The position numbers were made by a program, and so were the translations under genes. The notes beneath the pieces were generated by a model. That model saw nothing but the letters and a program-made list of their open reading frames with translations, made no database searches and had not been told where the DNA came from. Positions 8,088 through 14,758 of a stretch of DNA of 64,000 nucleotides are shown here, in pieces. Location of the stretch: positions 57,511-121,510 of the forward strand of contig CAYVRK010000007.1 of assembly GCA_964453785.1 (NCBI GenBank). Direction: 5' to 3'. Position 1 is the stretch's first letter, and the number at the start of each line of letters is the position of its first letter. The stretch comes from an uncultured Bacteroides sp. (GTDB lineage: Bacteria > Bacteroidota > Bacteroidia > Bacteroidales > GCA-2748055).

Positions 8088-9059
8088 TTAGTCAACTACA
8101 TAATCGTAACCCATGATGGAACTTGCACTCCATTTGTGGCTGGACAGATCGCTGTAGATCATTCCATTGGCTCCGAAAAGCAATGTTTTTGCATCGTAGC
8201 CGATTACACGAAGGTAGGCAGCCATGTTGGCACTGGTCTGCCCGGTCCAGCAATAAACAACCACAGCCTTATCGGTGGGAAGGGTTTTCAGATCACCATC
8301 AAGGCTCATGCCCACTTTGGGGGTATATTGCATGGCTCCCGGAATATGCCCGATTTCTGTGTAATCTGCTTCGGCCCAGTAATTGGCAATGTAGTAGCTT
8401 TCCAGGGCTCCGAATACCGTGGCATTGGTAATCTTTGCAGGATCGAATCCTTCTGCAAAAACTTCTTCAATCCGCGCATCCAAAATCTCTTTTCCGGTTT
8501 TAAATCCCGTATTCAATACGGGGAGTTCTCCTTCCGGACCCTTCTCAGTAGCGTCTTTTGTAAATTCTGAGGTATACATACTTTTGGTATTGTTGTTCCA
8601 GCTACCGGCAAAGTCAGTATTCCATGAACACATTCCGAATCCCATGGAATAGGCATTGTCATACCCGGCTAGTCTCAAAAGGCAGGTTGCCCAGGCTGCT
8701 GTCTGGCCGGAATAACATACAATAATGATCTCATCTTTGCTGTCATCGTCAGTTGTGCCTTCAAGATGAGTAAGCACATCTTTGGAAGAAACATTCACAG
8801 CATTCTCGATATGTCCAAGTGCATAATCAGCAGCTGAACGGATATCAATGATGTAGTTGGCTCCCGTGGTATTCAGTGTTTTTACATGCTCTGCGCTTAC
8901 AATGGCAGGCATGGCTGTGGCAGCATAGTTGCCTCCATCGGCTGACTCAAGATACTCCACAAGGACCTGCGCTTCGTTGACATCTTCTTCTTTATTACAA
9001 GATACAGCGAACAAAGCAAGGAACAGGATGGCTACCATCCAGATTTTTGTCATTTTCAT
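8088..9059 (-). CDS. tandem-rhodanese (sulfurtransferase) lipoprotein
   Basis: 323 aa with lipobox LFAVSC followed by NKEEDV. Two rhodanese-like domains, each with a candidate active-site Cys loop (VCYSGQTAAW and YCWTGQTSAN). Confidence 0.8.
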   Translation of the reverse strand: MKMTKIWMVAILFLALFAVSCNKEEDVNEAQVLVEYLESADGGNYAATAMPAIVSAEHVKTLNTTGANYIIDIRSAADYALGHIENAVNVSSKDVLTHLEGTTDDDSKDEIIIVCYSGQTAAWATCLLRLAGYDNAYSMGFGMCSWNTDFAGSWNNNTKSMYTSEFTKDATEKGPEGELPVLNTGFKTGKEILDARIEEVFAEGFDPAKITNATVFGALESYYIANYWAEADYTEIGHIPGAMQYTPKVGMSLDGDLKTLPTDKAVVVYCWTGQTSANMAAYLRVIGYDAKTLLFGANGMIYSDLSSHKWSASSIMGYDYVVD

Positions 9060-9110
9060 AATCGTTTTATTTCTTTTTTTGGTTTAACATCTAGATATAT
9101 AACATTCAAT

Positions 9111-10478
9111 TTATTTAGTCCATGAAGACGGCAACTTTCCATCTACGGTCATAAATTCGGAAGAAGACAATTCCCAGTCCTCCAGCAAATCAGACTTGAA
9201 AAGGAAAAGATTTCTATTGACCATTGAATCGCCTTCCATGCGGATGTGGCAGTTGAAAGAACATCCTTGTCCTGGTTCAACATGGGTCCGTGAGGTCCAC
9301 TTCAGAATATTATGTGGTGAAGTGTAGTTGTAGATTGGTAATGCATCGAAGTCCGCATATTCATCAACGCCGTACATCTCCCAGTTATCTGGAGCTCCAA
9401 GTGTCCGCCTGACCACTGTAAAATCAGAATTAAATCCATTTTTAACTTCAGGAATGGGATTGATGGCGATTTTAAAATCCATATAAGAAGGGACCCGTGC
9501 ACCCTCGCCGTGCACATGACAGCTTCCACAGTTGTTGTAATCCTGTGAATGGCAAACATAACAGCTGAAATCTCCGTAGTGCATTGAATGGTAGTTATTT
9601 GCAGTTTCGACACCATCATGACAATCCTCACATTCGGGTAGTTCACTGTAGGCGTACCGCTGCTCCACAGGCTGACCGTCTCCGTGAAGTTCATGACCAT
9701 CATGACAACTGAGGCATTCAAATTTCAGTTTTTTCTGATGCACATCGGGCTCGGTACCGGGAGCAACACCCAGGAAGGCATGTCCTCCCCTGGATACATG
9801 ACAGGTCACACATACATTGAGCATATGCGGGGTCTTGTTGAAATTATGCCCCTTGGACAACCCGCCCCCACCGGAAGCCGGGCGAACCACATGGCAATTC
9901 CCGCAGGTACCATGGCAATGTGCACAGTTGTCGTTATAACCCTCAATCTGATGCGCTGGCAGCTGGTCAAAATCCTGGGAACCATTCAGGCCGCTTCTGA
10001 TGGCCACTTTCCTTTTCTGGCCTGTACCATTATGGATGCTTGTGGTAAAATTATCCGCAATGTCCTTGTGGCAGGTTCCACACTTTTCTTCATAATAGAG
10101 TGATGGGTGCTTGATGAAATCGCCTGTATGGGCCAGCTCTTTTTCCCCGGTATTACCTACTCCGTTGTGGCATCCTGTACATCCGACGGAATAGTGCCCT
10201 GAGCTTTTAAAGGATTCATATCCTTCTCCCCCCATATATACCCTGTCATAGGGCTCATAATGGGGAGCCTCTCCGCCACATCCGCCAACAGGAGCATCTG
10301 TATCTGGCGTGTAGACTGCAATCAGCCTTTCGTAATCCGTATGGCATCCTTCGCAGGAATTTGCCTTGACTTCTCCGTTGCCTTTTCCCGGAATGGTATA
10401 ATTGGTACATGCGATGCCGGTAAAAACAAACACCACAAATAACAATAGCAGACCAGATCCAAACTTAATTCCTTTCAT
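9111..10478 (-). CDS. decaheme c-type cytochrome lipoprotein
   Basis: 455 aa with lipobox FTGIAC. Ten CXXCH: CEGCH, CTGCH, CGTCH, CAHCH, CGNCH, CVTCH, CLSCH, CEDCH, CYVCH, CGSCH. One additional CX3CH (CSFNCH) near the C-terminus. Confidence 0.85.
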   Translation of the reverse strand: MKGIKFGSGLLLLFVVFVFTGIACTNYTIPGKGNGEVKANSCEGCHTDYERLIAVYTPDTDAPVGGCGGEAPHYEPYDRVYMGGEGYESFKSSGHYSVGCTGCHNGVGNTGEKELAHTGDFIKHPSLYYEEKCGTCHKDIADNFTTSIHNGTGQKRKVAIRSGLNGSQDFDQLPAHQIEGYNDNCAHCHGTCGNCHVVRPASGGGGLSKGHNFNKTPHMLNVCVTCHVSRGGHAFLGVAPGTEPDVHQKKLKFECLSCHDGHELHGDGQPVEQRYAYSELPECEDCHDGVETANNYHSMHYGDFSCYVCHSQDYNNCGSCHVHGEGARVPSYMDFKIAINPIPEVKNGFNSDFTVVRRTLGAPDNWEMYGVDEYADFDALPIYNYTSPHNILKWTSRTHVEPGQGCSFNCHIRMEGDSMVNRNLFLFKSDLLEDWELSSSEFMTVDGKLPSSWTK

Positions 10479-10655
10479 AGCTAATCCTTCTTCTGATAAT
10501 TTTCGTTAAGTATTGAACTCTTTCTGTACTTGGCACTTAAACTAATACATGATGTGGGGTGATTCTGCCTGTAAAGATTGGTGTTTTGGCTCAGAAGTAA
10601 AAGGAAACGGTATAGGAATATTTATATGTTTGAGTTGATCTAAACGGACTTATCG

Positions 10656-10671
10656 ACTGATACAGATCAGT
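10656..10671. promoter_or_regulatory. perfect 6-4-6 palindrome ACTGAT-ACAG-ATCAGT, Fnr/Crp-box-like
   Basis: Read directly from the sequence. The core TGAT-N4-ATCA matches the FNR consensus TTGAT-N4-ATCAA in 8 of 10 positions. Lies in the divergent region between the decaheme gene and the Crp/Fnr gene, about 41 nt upstream of the crp ATG. Confidence 0.5.
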
Positions 10672-10690
10672 GTTTTTCATGATTCTTTTG

Positions 10691-10698
10691 TATATTTG
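10691..10698 (+). promoter_or_regulatory. Bacteroidota-type -7 promoter element (TATATTTG) for Crp/Fnr gene
   Basis: Matches the TAnnTTTG consensus, 14 nt upstream of the ATG at 10712. Confidence 0.4.
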
Positions 10699-10711
10699 CT
10701 ACCTGAAGTAA

Positions 10712-11416
10712 ATGACTAACATGGACAATTTGGAAAGATTTTCAGGTTGCACCCTAAGCTTTCACCAGTGTAGATGCTTTGAAACACTGACGGTGGAACA
10801 GAAGGAATTTCTGGATGCCCACTCTGTAAGGATCAAATACCGCAAAGGTGAAATGATTTGCAAGCAGGGTGGCTTTGTTTCACATGTCATGTATATGGAA
10901 CAGGGCCTTGCAAAAGTCTTTTTGGAAAACGGATCCAATTCCCTGGTTTTGAGGGTTATTCCGGACGGAAACTTCCTCGGTCTTGCTTCTATTTCCGAAG
11001 AGCATTCCACTTTCCCTTATTCAGCCATGGCTTACGTGGATTCGGATATAAGGCAGATCGACATCCATGCTTTCCGTAAATTGATGGAACTGAATAACCA
11101 ATTTGTAAAGGAGATTATCAATATCCTCAGCGCAAACAGTCTCCAGATTTACGGCAGGTTCTTCTGTCTCACTTACAAACAGGCTTTCGGCAGACTGGCA
11201 GATATCCTGCTATGCCTTGCCGACAGAATATTCAAGAATACGGAATTTGACCTGCCCCTTTCCCGAAAAGAGCTGGCAGAACTTTCCGGTATGAGTTCGG
11301 AGACTGTGATCCGGATGCTGAAAGAATTTAAAGAGGAAGGCCTGATCAGGATGGATGGAAAAGCAATCCAGGTGATGGATTATGAAAGGCTGAAACAGAT
11401 CAGTGATACCGGGTAA
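10712..11416 (+). CDS. Crp/Fnr family transcriptional regulator
   Basis: 234 aa with a cNMP-binding-like beta-roll (YRKGEMICKQGG...) and a C-terminal HTH (SRKELAELSGMSSETVIRMLKEFKEEGLI). N-terminal Cys cluster C13-X6-C20-X-C22. Confidence 0.85.
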   Translation: MTNMDNLERFSGCTLSFHQCRCFETLTVEQKEFLDAHSVRIKYRKGEMICKQGGFVSHVMYMEQGLAKVFLENGSNSLVLRVIPDGNFLGLASISEEHSTFPYSAMAYVDSDIRQIDIHAFRKLMELNNQFVKEIINILSANSLQIYGRFFCLTYKQAFGRLADILLCLADRIFKNTEFDLPLSRKELAELSGMSSETVIRMLKEFKEEGLIRMDGKAIQVMDYERLKQISDTG

Positions 11417-11484
11417 AAAACAAAAGGATGCCCTTTTGAGACACCCTTTTGCAATTTCATAGTCAATTTGAGCAAATCTCTCCC

Positions 11485-12609
11485 CTACTTTTCCGATAAG
11501 GCTTCAATTGTATTTTCAAGAACAGCTGCTATATAGGCCGGATTGTGAAATCCATGACTCCTGTCTTCCTTGATTGCACTATAGTTAACATGAGCCGCTG
11601 TCAGTGATGTACTGAATACACCAGGCTTCATCAGGTACGCATCGCCACCAGCATCAGAAGGATACATAATTCCTGCATCCACCAGAAGGGTATATAACTG
11701 ATCCAACAGTCCATCGGTTTCTGCCATGACTTCCTCAACTTTATCATCAAGGTTTTCGGCGATACCACCATCCGAATGGCACTCCAGGCAGGATGCAGGC
11801 CAGTTATAGGTCTCACTCCCATGGAATTCCCAGGTCATGGCCATGGAGTGTCCTGTGAGGTCACCAAATCCATCATTCATATGACAGGTAACACATCCAT
11901 TCTCAACTTTTCCCAGAACATGATGACTGGTTGGATAGGCAGTACTTCCCGTGAACTCAAAAAGATCCATTCCCGTAAGTAAATTATACTGTGGACCATG
12001 ATGAACACCAGTGCGGTTCATTGCTGCAGTGATGGTAACTGTCGTTGTGCCAGCGTCAAAATTTGCCCACAATGAATCTACCACAAGGGAAGAAGCTACC
12101 ATTTGGTGACATGAAGCGCACTGATTTCCGGTACCTATATCCACACCCATAGAGCCAGTCGCCGGCTCTGGCATACCTGCATTGGTCAGCCCCCAATCTG
12201 CCTCGGTATAAGTGTCATGAATGTTATGGCATGTGTAACAATTTGGTTGTGTAACATTCGCATAAGGTGTATTACTGGCACCAACCAGATTATCAAGAAA
12301 ACCCTGGCTGGTATGACATCCGGCACAATTGTAAAGTGGCCCAAAGGTCCTGTTTGTATACCCGGAGACATCTCCCGTTGAATGCCCTGAGTTTGCATAT
12401 TGCCTGGACTTTGTGACAATCACTTGATCATCACTATGACATACAGTACAGGTTGCATTGGCATCTATACCATCAATACCATCCGTACCATTTTCACCAT
12501 CGAGGCCAGGAGGCCCTGCCGGACCTTCGCAACTGCTCAGGATAAATGCGCCTGCAAGGAGGATCGCAAAACCACTAAGCAGACTGATCATAGAAATATT
12601 CTTTTTCAT
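11485..12609 (-). CDS. hexaheme c-type cytochrome lipoprotein with N-terminal collagen-like (GXY)7 segment
   Basis: 374 aa with lipobox ILSSC. This is followed directly by E-GPA-GPP-GLD-GEN-GTD-GID-GID. Six CXXCH: CTVCH, CAGCH, CYTCH, CASCH, CVTCH, CLECH. The C-terminal helix contains SHGFHNPAY. Confidence 0.85.
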   Translation of the reverse strand: MKKNISMISLLSGFAILLAGAFILSSCEGPAGPPGLDGENGTDGIDGIDANATCTVCHSDDQVIVTKSRQYANSGHSTGDVSGYTNRTFGPLYNCAGCHTSQGFLDNLVGASNTPYANVTQPNCYTCHNIHDTYTEADWGLTNAGMPEPATGSMGVDIGTGNQCASCHQMVASSLVVDSLWANFDAGTTTVTITAAMNRTGVHHGPQYNLLTGMDLFEFTGSTAYPTSHHVLGKVENGCVTCHMNDGFGDLTGHSMAMTWEFHGSETYNWPASCLECHSDGGIAENLDDKVEEVMAETDGLLDQLYTLLVDAGIMYPSDAGGDAYLMKPGVFSTSLTAAHVNYSAIKEDRSHGFHNPAYIAAVLENTIEALSEK

Positions 12610-12940
12610 AGCTATAAGATTTTGCTTAAAGATATCTGTGCAATTTTACCTGTTCAACTTTTCACAATAGAGATATCCCGATACCGAAACGGCATCACAC
12701 TGACATCCCGTCGACATATATCGATTCATTCACCGTTTCCGCCCCGGAACCATGAGCACAGTTTACCTTATTGCTCTCTCTGCCTGAATGTTATTCTGAT
12801 GGTACCGGAAAAAAATGCAATGGTTAACTTTGACCAAAAACAATCAACGGGTTATAAACATGCGCTGCAGTACGTCATATTTTAACATTTGATTGCCACA
12901 CACCGGTCTTTTTCGGGGCGGTTATTTGAAATACCTTTGC

Positions 12941-14662
12941 ATGAAGCGAATGAAAAAGAATATGAGATATGTTATCATTTTCGGGGTAGTACTCATCTGT
13001 ATTACGTCATGCCGGAAATCCGATACGGTTGTGCGGTTGGCGGTTACCACCGACGTGCACGGGATGATCTTTCCATACGATTTTACAGACCGACATCAGT
13101 CTGATCACTCCCTCTCCCATATATACAATTATGTTACACTGAATCAAAACAGGGAGGACACCCTCTTTTTTCTGCTGGATAACGGCGATTTTCTTCAGGG
13201 GCAACCCACTGTTTATTATTACAACTTCATCGATACGGAGTCGGTGCACTTAGCGGCCCGTGTCATGAATTTCATGGCTTATTCGGCAGGCACAGTGGGC
13301 AACCACGACATTGAAGCAGGGCCGGAAGTATATAACAGGGTCAGGGAAGAGCTGGATTTCCCATGGCTGGCTGCCAACGCCGTGAACCCAGAATCCGGAC
13401 ATCCATACTTTAAGACCTACACCATTCTGAAAGCAAATGGGAGACGCATTGCCGTGTTTGGACTAACTACCCCCGGAATTCCACATTGGCTGCCCAAAAA
13501 CCTGTGGCCGGAGATGGAGTTTCATGACATGGTGGAAACTGCCCGGAAATGGGTGCCGATCCTATTAAAAAAAGAGAAACCCGATCTGCTGGTCGGACTG
13601 TTCCATTCCGGAACGGATGCCAGCTATGGGGGCAATCCGGAACCATATCTCAACGAGAATGCTGTACTGCATGTGGCCGAGGAGGTTCCTGGATTTGATG
13701 TGATTTTTGCGGGGCATGATCACAGGGTTTCCATCCAGTGGATCGTAAATCACAAGGGTGACAGTGTGCTTGTGGTGGACCCGGGAAGCCATGCCAGGTA
13801 TGCCGGCGAGGTAACCATCACATTCGGGCCCAAAGGAACCAGGCATATTTCAGCACAGAATGTGCCTATGGCGGAATATGGACCCTCGCCCGGGTTTGAA
13901 AAGGCATTTGCAATGGAGCGAGAAGCGCTTACCCGGTACCTGGGGGATACCATCACATGGCTTTCTGAAACAATGGATGGAGTTGATGCACTTTTCGGCC
14001 CGTCGGCCATGATGTCACTGATACACCAGGTTCAGCTTGAACTATCAGGAGCCGACCTCTCATTCACCGCACCACTTACCCTGACCGCGAAACTGGATAA
14101 AGGGCCGCTTCTTGTATCGGATATGTTTAAACTCTACCGTTTTGAGAACATGCTGTATACCATGGAGCTATCCGGAAAAGAGGTGGACGGGTTTCTTGAG
14201 CATGCAGCCGGCCTCTGGTTCAACACCATGAGCTCTCCAGGGGATCACCTTTTGCAGTTTAAAAGTGATACACCCGGACGGTTGAATCATCCCTATTATA
14301 ACTTCTCTTCTGCAGCCGGAATCGACTATTGGGTGGATGTGACCAAGCCTCCCGGGGAACGGGTGAATATCATTGGATTCTCCAACGGAAACAGTTTCAA
14401 TCCGGAAGAGAAATACCTTGTGGCTATCAATTCCTACAGGGGGAATGGCGGAGGGGGCCATCTGACCAGCGGTGCCGGAATTCCTGCAGGGGATCTCGCC
14501 GCCCGGATTCGATGGTCCACCGACGTCGATCTCCGCTATTACCTGATGCAATATCTTGCCAACCAGGATACCCTGGATCTGCCGTCATTGAACAACTGGA
14601 AATGCGTCCCTGCTAAATGGGTCTCAGGGGCCTCCGCAGCGGACCGTAAATACTTCCACTGA
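12941..14662 (+). CDS. bifunctional metallophosphatase/5'-nucleotidase (UshA-like) lipoprotein
   Basis: Calcineurin-like motifs TTDVHG, DNGDFLQG and GNHD, plus a C-terminal 5'-nucleotidase domain. Lipoprotein signal VLICITSC. The start is moved from the tracked 12893 to the ATG at 12941; 12950 or 12962 are also possible. Confidence 0.85.
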   Translation: MKRMKKNMRYVIIFGVVLICITSCRKSDTVVRLAVTTDVHGMIFPYDFTDRHQSDHSLSHIYNYVTLNQNREDTLFFLLDNGDFLQGQPTVYYYNFIDTESVHLAARVMNFMAYSAGTVGNHDIEAGPEVYNRVREELDFPWLAANAVNPESGHPYFKTYTILKANGRRIAVFGLTTPGIPHWLPKNLWPEMEFHDMVETARKWVPILLKKEKPDLLVGLFHSGTDASYGGNPEPYLNENAVLHVAEEVPGFDVIFAGHDHRVSIQWIVNHKGDSVLVVDPGSHARYAGEVTITFGPKGTRHISAQNVPMAEYGPSPGFEKAFAMEREALTRYLGDTITWLSETMDGVDALFGPSAMMSLIHQVQLELSGADLSFTAPLTLTAKLDKGPLLVSDMFKLYRFENMLYTMELSGKEVDGFLEHAAGLWFNTMSSPGDHLLQFKSDTPGRLNHPYYNFSSAAGIDYWVDVTKPPGERVNIIGFSNGNSFNPEEKYLVAINSYRGNGGGGHLTSGAGIPAGDLAARIRWSTDVDLRYYLMQYLANQDTLDLPSLNNWKCVPAKWVSGASAADRKYFH

Positions 14663-14758
14663 ATTGATTTTTATTTATAGTTTTGCAACCGTATTTGTGT
14701 GGCCTGTAAAACTTTTTTTACCTTGACGGGTCATATCTTAAGCAACTTGATCTGGCCT

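Noticed and set aside
11421-11451. Hairpin CAAAAGG...CCTTTTG between the convergent Crp/Fnr and hexaheme genes, as a bidirectional terminator.
   Set aside because: The stem is an AT-rich 7 bp with a 17-nt loop, and alternative pairings exist. This is too weak to list as a feature, although termination must occur somewhere in this 68-bp gap.
12463-12525. Collagen-like GXY coding tract as a possible phase-variable simple-sequence repeat.
   Set aside because: There are only seven triplets encoded by non-identical codons (ggc cct gcc gga cct cct ggc ctc gat ...). It is not a perfect nucleotide tandem repeat, so slipped-strand variation is unlikely.
1-12609. Interpreting the cytochrome island as a known Nrf (nitrite), Phs/Psr/Ttr (thiosulfate/polysulfide/tetrathionate molybdoenzyme), Mcc (sulfite) or Mtr operon.
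   Set aside because: No CXXCK motif (the NrfA catalytic heme) is present in any of the six cytochromes. No molybdopterin or 4x[4Fe-4S] subunit gene was found, and I noticed no long-spaced CX15CH-type motif. The gene order is unlike mtrCAB. This cannot be fully excluded, because the first operon continues upstream of the window and no searches were run.
12400-12885. 161-aa plus-strand ORF spanning the 5' end of the hexaheme gene and the 331-bp intergenic region.
   Set aside because: It overlaps the signal-peptide and collagen-coding part of a well-supported gene in antisense. The remaining part has no recognisable features or promoter/RBS context. The region is better treated as a long divergent regulatory region.
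12929-12941. Shared 13-mer AAATACCTTTGCA upstream of the 5'-nucleotidase gene (12929-12941) and upstream of rpsO (32017-32029), as a possible repeat element.
   Set aside because: It is most simply explained as two instances of the TAnnTTTG -7 promoter consensus with AT-rich flanks. At 12932-12939 it directly abuts the ATG at 12941, which instead suggests the true start may be 12950 or 12962. It is too short to call a repeat family.
14699-14758. Upstream alternative starts in the track: GTG at 14699, TTG at 26010, TTG at 29611, and the ATGs at 12893, 29585, 41168, 52406, 53025 and 58974.
   Set aside because: In each case a downstream ATG gives the canonical family N-terminus or signal peptide and removes overlaps with neighbours. 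The extensions look like read-through of intergenic sequence.
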